Source of the DNA: an uncultured delta proteobacterium
GTDB taxonomy: Bacteria; Desulfobacterota; Binatia; Binatales; Binataceae
Assembly: GCA_963724765.1 (NCBI GenBank)
Contig: CAVRVY010000004.1
Coordinates: forward strand, 1,472,001-1,536,000
Direction of reading: 5' to 3'
DNA length: 64,000 nt
In this document: piece after piece, positions 29,999-40,716 of the stretch
How positions within the stretch are numbered: the first letter of the stretch is position 1
Layout of the letters: each line of letters starts with the position of its first letter
The notes under the pieces: generated by a model
The model's database searches: none
Told to the model about the DNA's origin: nothing
What the model saw: only the letters and a program-made list of their open reading frames with translations
Made by a program: the position numbers and the translations under genes

Positions 29999-32900
29999 TC
30001 AACGATGCAGCCAGGAGCGCAGGACGGCCAGCAGGATATCCGTGTCCACCGGTTTTGACAGATAGTCCCAGGCGCCAGCTTCCATGCACTTTTCGCGATC
30101 GCCCTTCATAGCCTTGGCAGTAACCGCAACGATCGGCAGATCCTTGCAATGCTGGAATTTGCGAATTTCCAGCATCGTGTCAATTCCGTCCATCTCCGGC
30201 ATCATAATGTCCATTAGAACGATGTCAACGGGCGATTTTTCCGCCAACAGTCGAATTGCATCGCGACCATTATCTGCGGAAACGACGTTCATACCCTGTT
30301 CTTCGAGCACTGAGGAAAGCGCGAAAATATTGCGCATATCATCGTCGACAATCAGAACGTTTTTGCCAGCCAGGATGTCGGTTGAATGATAGAGCGCGTC
30401 CAACACCTGGTACTGGGCCTCGGGAAGCTTTTCGAGTTTGCGATGAAGAAAGAGACTGACCTGATCCAGCAAGCGTTCCTTAGAATGGATCGGACGAATG
30501 ACGGGGCCACCAGTCGAGACGTGCAACGCGCTGCTACTAGCTCCGTTACAATCGCTGTCAGTTATTTTACTATAGGCAATAATCGGAAGATTGGAAACGA
30601 GCGACTCGGATTCGGACGATTGCATCAATGCCGCCAAACCAGACGTCTCTGGATTGACGATTATGCAGTCGATCAATCTTTCGCGTAGCATCTCGAGCGC
30701 GCTCGCTGCGTCCGGGACGCTGGTTATCTGTATATCCTCAGCCCTGAGATACTGCACAGTGCGTTCCCGGCTCTCCTCTTTTGGCTCAACTACGAGCACG
30801 CTTTTGAATTGCCGCGTTATGTAGTCGTTCAGGCGGGCCAGGAACGCATCCAGGATATCCTTGCTATGCACCGGCTTGGATAGGAACGCCAACGCCCCGC
30901 TGCTCAGCGCCCGTTCACGAGAATCGTCGATTGAGATCACGCATACCGGTATATGACGGCTCGTTAGATCGCTCTTGATGCGGTCCAAAACTCGCCAACC
31001 GTCGAGGTCGGGCAGATAGATGTCCAGGGTTATGGCGGAAGGTTTGTACTCCATGGTCAACGCCAATGCCGAGGCGCCGAGCGAAGTAACTATGCCTTTA
31101 AACCCTTTCTCGCGGGCCGCTCCAGTAAAAAGCGCGCGAAGGCAAGATCATTTTCCACTATCAATAGGACTCGGTCATCCTGCCGGATGCTGGCGCGATC
31201 GTCGCCGACTTCGTCAATAGGCTTGACGGTGTCGGGCGTAGCGGAAGCGACTGCCGGAGTTGTATGCGCCTCCAACACCTCATTTACACTTCCCACGACT
31301 TGCTGAAGGTCACCGGTATGATACACGTTGCGCTCGTCCGTTTATTCCCTCGCGTTGAGAAGCCGCCGGAGCAGTATCTGTACCGTTGTGGTAACCGGAA
31401 GTGGCTGGAATGGATTTGCGGAAGGCGCGCGGGGGTGAATAGGTCTGTGGCAAGTACAGCGTGAACGTACTGCCTCTGGCCGGAGTGCTGATCAGGCGGA
31501 TCTCTCCGCCCAGCAACCTGGATAGCTCACGGCTGATTGCCAGCCCCAAACCGGTCCCGCCATATTTACGACTGGTGCTCCCATCCGCCTGTTGGAAGGC
31601 TTCGAATATAATCTGCTGCTTGTCAGCGGAGATACCGATTACCCGTATCGGCGACCGAAAAAGCCACCACGTTCACGGCACGGTTGAGATCTTCATTTTC
31701 CGGATTCCACCCGCTTTGGACCGCCTCGATCGCCAGCTTTACCTGGCCACTCTGGGTGAACTTAAACGCGTTCGAAAGCAGGTTCTTGATTATCTGCTGC
31801 AGCCGTTTGGCGTCGGTCAGCATGGAGGCTGACAGTCGGGGGTCCAGACGGATCATGAAATCGACATTCTTGGCCTCTGCCACGTGGCGGAAAGTGCGTT
31901 CCACGTATTGCTGCAGCTCATCGAATTCCACCTCGCTCGGATCCACCATAACTGTGCCCGACTCGATCTTTGAGAGGTCCAGGATATCGTTGATGAGCAT
32001 CAGCAGCTCGTTGCCGGAAGAGTGAATAGTCTTGGCAAACCCGGTTTGCTTGGGGTTAAGATTTCCTTCGGTGTTTTTGCAGAGCTGATCGGAAAGTATC
32101 AACAGACTGTTCAATGGCGTGCGCAACTCGTGCGACATATTGGCTAGAAACTCGGACTTGTATTTGGACGTGAGCGCGAGCTGTTCGGCCTTTTCCTCGA
32201 GCGCCTGACGTGCCTGCTCCACCTCCTGGTTCTTGCGCTCGACTTCCTCGTTCTGATGCACCAGAAGCCGGGCCTTTTCCTGAAGTTCCTGGTTCGTCTG
32301 CTGTAATTCCTGTTGGCGGCTCTGCAGCTCCTGAGCGAGCGACTATGATTGCTTGAGCAAGTCCTCGGTCCGCATGTTCGCTTCGATGGTGTTGATGACG
32401 ATTCCAATACTCTCAGTTAACTGATCGAGGAACGCCTGGTGGCTCGAGTTGAAGCCTTCCAACGAGGCTAATTCCAGAATTCCCCTCACCTGGCCTTCGA
32501 ATGTGACCGGCAAAATCAAGATACTTTGTGGGAGCGAATCGCCGAGCCCAGAGGAAATCCGCACGTGATCATCCGGCACGTTGGATAGCACAATCTTGTC
32601 TTTTTCCAAGGCGCACTGGCCGATGAGCCCTTCGCCCAATTCAATATTTTTTCGAGTCCGATTCTGGCCCTGCGCCGCGTAACTGGCCAACAGGGTTAGC
32701 CGCTGAGACCTCCTTCATCGAGTCGAGCACGTAAAAGACCGCGTGCTGGGCTCTCACAACCGGAGCGAGTTCAGAGAGAATGAGGCGCCCGACCGTGTTG
32801 AGATCCTTTTGTCCCTGGAGCATGCGGCTGAATTTGGCGAGATTGGTTTTCAGCCAGTCCTGCTCAGTGTTCTTTTGGGTGGTGTCCCGGAGGTTGCGGA

Positions 32901-34192
32901 TCATCTCGTTAATCGTATCTTTCAGCGCCGCCACCTCACCCTGAGCTTCGACCGTAATCGACCGCGTCAAGTCGCCCTGCGTGACTGCGGTCGCGACCTC
33001 CGCGATAGCGCGAACCTGAGTAGTCAGATTGGCGGCGAGTTGGTTAACGTTTTCGGTTAACCCTTTCCAGGTACCCGCCGCACCCGGCACTTTGGCCTGC
33101 CCACCTAGCTTGCCTTCAACGCCAACTTCGCGCGCGACCGTGGTGACTTGGTCCGCGAAGGTAGCCAGGGTGTCGATCATGCTATTGATCGTGTCGGAGA
33201 GCGCCGCTATCTCGCCCATCGCCTCCACGTTCAGCTTCCGTTTGAGATCGCCGTTAGCGACAGCGGTGACCACTTTTGCAATGCCCCGAACCTGACTGGT
33301 AAGGATGCCCGCCATGAAGTTGACGCTGTCGGTCAAATCTTTCCAGGTGCCGGCAACCCCCTGAACCCGCGCCTGGCCGCCGAGGATACCTTCGGTGCCG
33401 ACCTCGCGCGCCACCCGGGTAACTTCGGAGGCGAACGACCCAAGCTGATCGACCATCGTATTGATGGTGTTCTTCAGCTCCAGGATCTCGCCCTTCACGT
33501 CGACCGTAATCTTCTTCGACAGATCGCCGCTGGCCACCGCCGTCGTTACGTCGGCGATGTTGCGCACCTGGGCGGTCAAGTTTCCCGCCATCGAATTGAC
33601 GCTGTCAGTTAGATCCTTCCAAGTCCCGGCGACGCCTTTGACTTTGGCCTGGCCGCCGAGCTTGCCCTGGTGCCGACCTCGCGCGCGACGCGCGTGACCT
33701 CTGAGGCGAAAGAGCCGAGTTGATTGACCATCTTGTTGACGGTCCTTGCGGTGCGCAGGAGCTCGCCTTGTAGTGGCCGGTCATCGATCTCGAGTGCCAT
33801 CGTTTGCCCGAGATCGCCTTGAGCCACAGCGCCAATCACCCGGGCCGTCTCGGTGGTGGGATGCACCAAATCGTCAATAAGACCGTTGACGCACTCAATC
33901 GAATCCCGCCAGAAACCGCTTACGTAGCCCACTGATGCGCGTTTGTTGAGCTTGCCTTCCCGGCCTACTACCCGGCTAAGGCGCTCCAGTTCTCCGGTCA
34001 TCCTTTCGTTCTGCTCAACTACGTCGTTGAACGTCTCCGCTATTTTGCCGAACATGCCTGTCCATTCCGGCGGCAAGCGCACCGAGGCATTACCAGTTGC
34101 AGATCGGTCAGCGCACTCAAGATTGCCGTCAGCTCATTGCGACCGGCAGGCTCTTCCCTCTCTACCCTTGACGTAACCGTCTCTTCCAGCAT
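29999..34192 (-). pseudogene. Poly-HAMP-GAF-HisKA-HATPase-multi-REC hybrid histidine kinase with about 7 lesions
   Basis: [18 protein letters not shown] repeats, [14 protein letters not shown] domains; frameshifts near 34097, 33668, 32705, 31640, 31340 and 31120 plus an in-frame TAG at 32343-32345; ATG at 34192 with AGGAG. Confidence 0.9.
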
Positions 34193-34506
34193 CTGAATCT
34201 CCTGATATGCCAACTGATGCGTCTTGCGCGGGTTTGGACAACGTTACAAAGATCTCCAGATCGAAACTCCTCAAAACAAACCCATACTGTCGGGGTGGCT
34301 GGGCGAGGAGCCAGTGACTCGGAATATTGCGTCGAGCCAAGCCGAAATTGAGAAGGTTTGTACGCATCCTCCCTTCGAGGAATTGCATTCAGGCTCGACG
34401 AACTGGCGCGCCATTCAGTCAGAGGCGCGAGGCAATTCGGATTTTGAGCCACGGGACGCAAGGCAACGAACAGGCCAGTTTCAAAAGGTCATAAAGGTCC
34501 TGATAG

Positions 34507-34540
34507 CTCCTAATATCATCTAATAAGATGATATTAGGAG
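34507..34540. repeat. Perfect 34-bp AT-rich inverted repeat (15-4-15)
   Basis: CTCCTAATATCATCT AATA AGATGATATTAGGAG. Confidence 0.95.
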
Positions 34541-34935
34541 AAAGCTTACAACCATGTTTTGCACCCTTTACAAATGCCACCAAGATTTCCACGGTCTAAG
34601 CGAAGGCTCGTGGAGTTCGTGATCGCTCCCGGCATGCGAGCACGCGGCGGCTGCTGTTCAACCAGCTAATGATCAGGCGCCGGTCGTTCTTGGTGATTCA
34701 GTGATTCCCGGCTTGATTCGGTGTTCCGCCGACACTTCTATGAAGATTTCCCTGGCGGAATTATTGGCGACGATGCTCTCGCAGGTGCTGCCGCTATGGC
34801 CGAAGCCCACGAAGGTTCCATGGAATAAAAAAGGTCCCGCGTCGCGACGCTTGGCCATTCCGACGTAGGCTGGAATTCCAGCGTGGTCCGCGCAGGTGAG
34901 CGAAAGGGCAAGTTGCAATACCGAATATCAGGGCC

Positions 34936-35166
34936 TCATCTTGAACTTGTGCCGGAGCCGATCCTGACCAAATGGAAGAGCGCACCTTCTTTGCTCATAT
35001 TTTGAGCATTCTGTATTGCTGCTGCCGCGTTTGGCGCAACAAAAGCTTCACCGGTTTCTAAATCAATGGCGACGTACTGGCCGAAAAAGCGCTTTTCGTA
35101 GATGCGCTTGTACTTGGCCTTGTAAATACCGTCGCCTTTTTCTGCGATCTCCCGAGGTAATGGCAT
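34936..35166 (-). CDS. Small hypothetical protein (DUF5678-like)
   Basis: GQYVAIDLETGEAFVA...A...RIG pattern. Confidence 0.5.
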   Translation of the reverse strand: MPLPREIAEKGDGIYKAKYKRIYEKRFFGQYVAIDLETGEAFVAPNAAAAIQNAQNMSKEGALFHLVRIGSGTSSR

Positions 35167-35458
35167 GACGCATCGTAGCATTTGTTCGTTGCGTTAACCC
35201 ACATCGCCGGCTGTACCGATCGAACTAAAGATCGCGCCGGCCGCCGAAAGGCTGGCAGGTGTAAATTGGTCGCGATGCTGCCCGACGAGCCTACCAACCC
35301 GATCCGCCGGCAGTGTTGAGGTCATGCTCGAGGCGGTACGGGTGAGAGCGCCAGAGAGAAAATCCCTCACTGAAGCAGCCGGATAGACCGGTTGCACCGG
35401 AGTAAAAATCCGGCAGCAATAGCCCATTTGCCGTGGAACGGCAGAGGTGGGCGGAGGG

Positions 35459-36958
35459 ATGAAGCGGGTGGAACTATACGCGCAGGTTCGACGAGCGGTT
35501 TACGTGGAGGGGCTGAGTCGGCGGGAAGCAGCACGGCGCTTTGGGATCGACCCGCGGACGGTGGCGAAGATGCTGGCGTTCTCGGTGCCGCCTGGTTATC
35601 GACGGAGCCGGCCGCCGGCGCGGCCCAAGCTGGATCCGTTTGTCGGGATTATCGACCGGATCTTGGAAGAAGATAAGTTACGCCCAGCCAAGCAGCAGCA
35701 CACGGCGAAACGGATTTTCGAGCGGCTGCGCGATGAGCATGGGTATGACGGCGGGATCTCGATCGTAAGGGCTTACGTACACGAGCATCGCCAGCGGCTG
35801 CGCGAGATGTTCGTGCCACTGCACCATGATCCTGGACACGCGCAAGTCGACTTCGGTGAAGCGCTCGCGGTAATCGCAGGTGAGGAGTGCAAGATCCACT
35901 TCTTCGCGATGGACTTGCCGCACAGCGATGCTTGTTTGGTGCAGGCCTATCCGGCGGAGAGCACCGAGGCCTTCTGCGAAGGTCACAACGTCAGCTTCGA
36001 GTTCTTTGGCGGAGTGCCGCGTTCGATCCTCTACGACAACACCAAGCTGGCGGTGGCGCGCATACTCGGAGATGGCACCCGTAAGCGCACCAAGGTCTTC
36101 AGTGAGCTGCAGTCCCACTCTCTGTTCGCCGATCGCTTCGGGCGGCCGGGCAAGGGTAACGATAAGGGCAAGGTCGAGGGGTTGGTCGGCTATGCGCGGC
36201 GCAACTTCATGGTGCCGATCCCGCGCGCACTCAGCTTCGCTGAGCTAAATGAGCAGTTGCTGGAGTGCTGCCGCCGTCGTTTGAAGGATCGGCTACGTGG
36301 TCATGATGACACCATCGGCGAGCGGCTGGTGAAGGACCGTGAGGCTCTCCTGCCGCTGCCGCCCGCACCCTATGATGCGTGCGAAAAGAGGCCCGCCTGG
36401 GTCAGCTCGTTGTCGCTGGTGCGCTACCGCGGCAACAACTACTCAGTGCCAAGCGCATACGGTCACCGCGAGGTGCTGGTCCGAGGTTACGTCCACGAAG
36501 TTGTGATCGCCTGTGCAACCGAGGAGATCGCCCGGCACGCTCGTTCCTACGAGCGCGAGGACTTCGTGTTCAACCCACTGCACTACCTGGCCCTGCTGGA
36601 GCGGAAGATCGGCGCGCTGGACCAGGCCGCGCCGCTGGTCGGCTGGGAACTACCTGAAGAGTTCGCAACGCTGCGCCGGCTGCTCGAAGCGCGCCTGCGC
36701 AAGCCCGGTAAGCGGGAGTTCGTTCAGGTCCTGCGCTTGCTCGAGGTGTTCGGTCTCGAAGACGTGGTCGCAGGAGTTCGAGAAGCGATCGATCGCGGAG
36801 TGATTAGCTTCGACGCGGTCAAGCATCTCGTGCTGTGCCGCATCGAACGGCGCCCACCGCGACTCGACCTGAAGATCTATCCCTATCTGCCACAGGCGAC
36901 TGTGAGCACCACCTCGGCCCGATCCTACCTGAGCCTGATGGCGGGAGCAGGTTCATGA
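35459..36958 (+). CDS. istA: IS21 transposase IstA
   Basis: N-terminal HTH, AQVDFG, ILYDN, KGKVEG DDE motifs. Confidence 0.96.
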   Translation: MKRVELYAQVRRAVYVEGLSRREAARRFGIDPRTVAKMLAFSVPPGYRRSRPPARPKLDPFVGIIDRILEEDKLRPAKQQHTAKRIFERLRDEHGYDGGISIVRAYVHEHRQRLREMFVPLHHDPGHAQVDFGEALAVIAGEECKIHFFAMDLPHSDACLVQAYPAESTEAFCEGHNVSFEFFGGVPRSILYDNTKLAVARILGDGTRKRTKVFSELQSHSLFADRFGRPGKGNDKGKVEGLVGYARRNFMVPIPRALSFAELNEQLLECCRRRLKDRLRGHDDTIGERLVKDREALLPLPPAPYDACEKRPAWVSSLSLVRYRGNNYSVPSAYGHREVLVRGYVHEVVIACATEEIARHARSYEREDFVFNPLHYLALLERKIGALDQAAPLVGWELPEEFATLRRLLEARLRKPGKREFVQVLRLLEVFGLEDVVAGVREAIDRGVISFDAVKHLVLCRIERRPPRLDLKIYPYLPQATVSTTSARSYLSLMAGAGS

Positions 36959-37731
36959 GCGATACGCCCCAGGTTCTGCTCACCCATTACTTGAAAACAC
37001 TCAGATTGCCCACCTTTTTGCGCGAGTATGACAAGTTGGCGCGCCAATGCGCCGGCGAGGATGTCGACTATCCTCGCTACCTGTTGCGCCTGGCCGAGCT
37101 GGAGATGATCGAACGGGAACGCCGGACCATCGAGCGGCGAATCAAGGAAGCCAGGTTCCCGGCGGTCAAAAGTCTCGATAGCTTCGAATTCGCAGCGCTC
37201 CCCTCGCTCAACAAGACGCTAGTGCTGGAACTGGCCCGCTCGGAGTATATCGCGCGCCGCGAGAACATCATCGCGGTCGGCAACAGTGGCACCGGCAAGA
37301 CTCATGTGGCTCTCGGGCTAGGTCTGGCCGCCTGCCAGAAGGGTCTCGCGGTCGGCTTCACCACCGCTGCCGCTTTGGTCAACGAGCTGCATGAAGCGCA
37401 TGATGAGAAGCGTCTGCTGCGCCTCCAACGTCAACTCGCCGGCTACAAGCTTCTGATCGTGGATGAACTCGGCTACGTCCCGCTCTCCCCAACTGGTGCA
37501 GAGTTACTGTTCGAAGTCTTCAGCCAGCGCTACGAGCGCGGCTCGATCATCGTTACCAGCAATCTGCCGTTCGATGAGTGGACCAGCGTGTTCGGCTCCG
37601 AGCGCTTAACCGGCGCACTGCTTGATCGTCTTACCCACCACGTTCACATCCTCGAGATGAACGGTGACAGCTTCAGGCTCAAACACAGCAAGCGCCGCAT
37701 CAGTGACGATCAACCGCGAGAATCCGGCTAA
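36955..37731 (+). CDS. istB: IS21 helper ATPase IstB
   Basis: GNSGTGKTH, LIVDELGY, TSNLPF.EW, ALLDRLTHH; ATGA overlap with istA. Confidence 0.96.
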   Translation: MSDTPQVLLTHYLKTLRLPTFLREYDKLARQCAGEDVDYPRYLLRLAELEMIERERRTIERRIKEARFPAVKSLDSFEFAALPSLNKTLVLELARSEYIARRENIIAVGNSGTGKTHVALGLGLAACQKGLAVGFTTAAALVNELHEAHDEKRLLRLQRQLAGYKLLIVDELGYVPLSPTGAELLFEVFSQRYERGSIIVTSNLPFDEWTSVFGSERLTGALLDRLTHHVHILEMNGDSFRLKHSKRRISDDQPRESG

Positions 37732-37994
37732 CACCACTAACTCCAACCCACAAAGCTAGATCTTTTCGACACAGTAGCGAGGGGGTGATCCCCCTCGCGC
37801 TCCCCCTGCCAGACGTCAACCTACCTGCCATCGGCTTATCCAAATGATGGACTTTTGCTCTGGCGCGCTGATGTACTTTCACTCCGGTGTTGACATACGG
37901 GTGAAGTACTCGTCGATACGAAGCCCGGTCAGCAGGTTCGCGGTCACGCTGGCCGGCGGAGTGCCCGATGCGCGGCGATCGATCCCAGGTTGGC

Positions 37995-38422
37995 GATTCC
38001 GCCTGATTACTCGCTGGTCGGAGCGCGTACCGTTCTGTATGACGGCTACCGGAGTTGCAGGATTTAGGCCGTTTTCGATGAGGCGCTGAGCGATCAGTGC
38101 AGCCGTTGCGATACCATATAGACAACCAAGGTTTGCCGTGCGCGTGTCAGCGAAGCCCAGTCGGGGTCCGGCTCTCCGTTCTTCGAATGCCCGGTAATGA
38201 AGGTTACGGCGCTCGCGTTGCCACGGTCAGTGAGGGAGATTCCGGCGGAAGCCGAGCAGGCCACTGCGGCAGTGATGCCGGGTAACACCTCGACGCGGAT
38301 ACCGCGGGCGCGCAGATAGCTCAGTTCTTCATTACGTCGGCGTATTGCATCACGCGAAGCGCTCGCAACGTCAGTAAATCAGGGTCCCCCGGTCCTGCAC
38401 CCACCAGATATACCGCACCTTC
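37995..38422 (-). pseudogene. cobA: Uroporphyrinogen-III C-methyltransferase relic with internal deletion and frameshifts
   Basis: [27 protein letters not shown] fused directly to [22 protein letters not shown]...TLVVYM; the RLKGGDP segment is missing. Confidence 0.85.
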
Positions 38423-38602
38423 GGTCCCGACCGACAATCGCAGGCATGATGAAGGTGGACAGCTCCAGTCTTAGATAGTTTCGAAGACGACGAAAGAGCT
38501 CGAATCGCCGATGCTAGTGTTCTGTCTCATAAATAGCCAGTAACATCGAGCATCTGCTAAATGTTTCCCATCAGCACAAGTTGGACAGGATGGAGTGAGG
38601 AA

Positions 38603-39826
38603 TCAGACGCTGACAGTGGTCCCACGATAGTAATGCTGCAAGATTTCTGTGTAAGTATTGCCCTCATTTGCCATGACTGCCGCGCCGATCTGGCATAGGC
38701 CGACACCATGTCCCCAGCCGGCCCCTCTCAAGACAAAGCGGCCAGACTCTTTGTCTACGACGAATGCAGAGCTGTAAAGATGCGTGCGCGATAAAGCGCG
38801 GCGAATTTCCAGTTCTTTACCGATGATCACGTGATCGCGTTCCCCGGTGATCTTCAGCCGATATATTCGGCCTGAAGGTCCGCGAGCGAGGGCCTGCACG
38901 TCGCGAATCGGACCAAGGCCCACGGCAAGCCTGGATCTGATCAGATCGGCGAGTTCTTCGGGCGTGTACTCGACCCGCCAGCGATAGAAATCACGGGTCT
39001 CCTGATCGAATCCTGGGAGAACACGTGAAAGGAGCTCCGAATCGTGGGTATTGCAGTAAGCGGGCGGGTTTGAGCGCATCCATATCTCAGGACTGTAAGA
39101 GCAGGATTGCGCCGGACCGTCGTAGACAGACTCTAGATAGGGAATATCTTCATCTTCCCAGGCGGTCGCATAACGCTCGGTTATTCCGCCGCAGGACTTG
39201 GAAAACCGTGCATCGCAGATAGCGCCGTTGTAACGGAGAAACTCGCCGGCTGTCGCGCGAACCGCTTCGGCTGCAGCCGGAGAGAACGCTTTCGTGATAC
39301 CCTGATACCGCTGGCAGTGGTCGTCGGCGCATACATCGAAATCCGGATGAGCTTCGCGGCCGTACCAGCGAAGGATTTCGTGAGAATCGAGACCCTCACT
39401 CTGCCCTCTCCCGGAGCGAGAGGGATGCGCTTTCGGAAACCACAGCCAGCTGCGCGAAATCACCGCGTGAGCTTTCAGCAGTTCAAGAGGACAGGACGCG
39501 CTCATCTCGGATGAAATCACGCTCGTGACGTACTCTTCGAGCGAAACATCATTAATCACCGTCAGACCGGCTTCTCGTTTCACGAGGCGAAAAGCCCCAC
39601 GGAATACCTGGCGCTCCTTGCGTTCCCAGTGAAATCCGATTCCTATCGTGACGTCGTCCAGCGCAAACGCGCACGACGCCAGGTCCGACGGAGTAAGCGT
39701 AACTTCAGAGGTGAATCTATAACGCCCGGGCCTGTATGGGTTGCCGGACGTATCCACAAACATGCCGCCCATCAATTCGACTTCAATGGCGGATTGTTCT
39801 TCAATCAGCCCTACAGATAGGTCCAA
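38603..39826 (-). CDS. SpoIID/LytB family lytic transglycosylase, no signal peptide
   Basis: INDVSLEEYV.SVISSEM, LKAHAVISRS, CADDHCQRYQG, GWGHGVGLCQ.GA, ILQHYY. Confidence 0.92.
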   Translation of the reverse strand: MDLSVGLIEEQSAIEVELMGGMFVDTSGNPYRPGRYRFTSEVTLTPSDLASCAFALDDVTIGIGFHWERKERQVFRGAFRLVKREAGLTVINDVSLEEYVTSVISSEMSASCPLELLKAHAVISRSWLWFPKAHPSRSGRGQSEGLDSHEILRWYGREAHPDFDVCADDHCQRYQGITKAFSPAAAEAVRATAGEFLRYNGAICDARFSKSCGGITERYATAWEDEDIPYLESVYDGPAQSCSYSPEIWMRSNPPAYCNTHDSELLSRVLPGFDQETRDFYRWRVEYTPEELADLIRSRLAVGLGPIRDVQALARGPSGRIYRLKITGERDHVIIGKELEIRRALSRTHLYSSAFVVDKESGRFVLRGAGWGHGVGLCQIGAAVMANEGNTYTEILQHYYRGTTVSV

Positions 39827-40716
39827 CGCTCGCTCTCCAGCTTCTCGGCGACTTCCCGAAACTGACCGTCAGCCAAAGTGACCTCGCGAAAAATTGCGGC
39901 AATCGCGTCACCCGTGATTCTTTCGAAATCGTGCGCCAGCGGCACGACAAATATTCCGCACAAATCAATCGATGCCGGACTCACCGTCAATTCGCCCGTG
40001 TGAAAGACCGCCGGCCGATGTTTTCCTCGCGGGAACAGATACGTGACCCACTCCCCTCTCTCTCGAAAGACCGCAAGGTTAACCAACGGTTCCGCTCGTT
40101 TGCCAGTCGTTTCCACGAGTAGATCGATGGCACGATCCATTCGATCGATCAAAGCAGATCGATCCCGTCCACGAAATAAGAACACATTTCTTCCGTAGTT
40201 CGGCACGGCAATGCCAGTCAGTCCAGCGGTGTCCTTTTCTATCGGAAGCAATTCGCGCGAGCCTGCCTGAAAGTGCATGTGGTCTGGTGCGGACGCTCCG
40301 CATTCTGGACCGTTATAGATGACGAAATATCCAGGCAGGGCTGCAGCAAGGTCCAGCATATTTCCGAAGTGGTTCGCGATGCGCTGCAAGCCGTGTTCTC
40401 TGTGAGCGATCGTAAGGTGACGATCCACGATTGGAAACGGATTGCAGTAGATCGTGAAGTCCTCATCAAACTGCACACCCTCCTCCTCCGGAGGTAAATT
40501 TCCCGCACATAGGAAGCAGGGGCGTTTCGCAACCGACTCCCGGTCGACAGACGCCGTTGTACTGCCCATACGATGGGGGATGTGACGGATGAAGATGTCG
40601 AACCAATCGATCCGTACCGGCCGTGTCTTCGCCCGCGCCAGGCCTTCAATGCCTTTCGCGAGTTGCGGCCATGCCCGCGCCTGCCGTTTAAACAGTTCTT
40701 CTAGTTCGCGGATCAT
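39811..40716 (-). CDS. DUF4922 protein (HIT/GalT-like nucleotidyltransferase-phosphorylase)
   Basis: RPCFLC, NPFPI, YNGPECGASAPDHMHFQ (HxHxQ), VSPASID. Confidence 0.85.
   Translation of the reverse strand: MIRELEELFKRQARAWPQLAKGIEGLARAKTRPVRIDWFDIFIRHIPHRMGSTTASVDRESVAKRPCFLCAGNLPPEEEGVQFDEDFTIYCNPFPIVDRHLTIAHREHGLQRIANHFGNMLDLAAALPGYFVIYNGPECGASAPDHMHFQAGSRELLPIEKDTAGLTGIAVPNYGRNVFLFRGRDRSALIDRMDRAIDLLVETTGKRAEPLVNLAVFRERGEWVTYLFPRGKHRPAVFHTGELTVSPASIDLCGIFVVPLAHDFERITGDAIAAIFREVTLADGQFREVAEKLESERWTYL

Larger units (their letters stand above)
35343..37895 (+). mobile_element. IS21-family insertion sequence, complete
   Basis: TG...CA ends with imperfect IRs (TGAGAGCGCCAGAGAGAAAATCCCTCA vs TGTCAACACCGGAGTGAAAGTACATCA), subterminal repeats, 6-bp DR TACGGG at 35337-35342 and 37896-37901. 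Confidence 0.93.

Noticed and set aside
32343-32345. In-frame TAG as possible pyrrolysine or readthrough
   Set aside because: The same gene has many frameshifts and no pyl genes are present; a CAG-to-TAG nonsense mutation is simpler
32900-33720. Repeated DNA motifs suggesting an array
   Set aside because: These are coding HAMP-domain repeats, not CRISPR; no constant repeat-spacer structure or cas genes anywhere in the window
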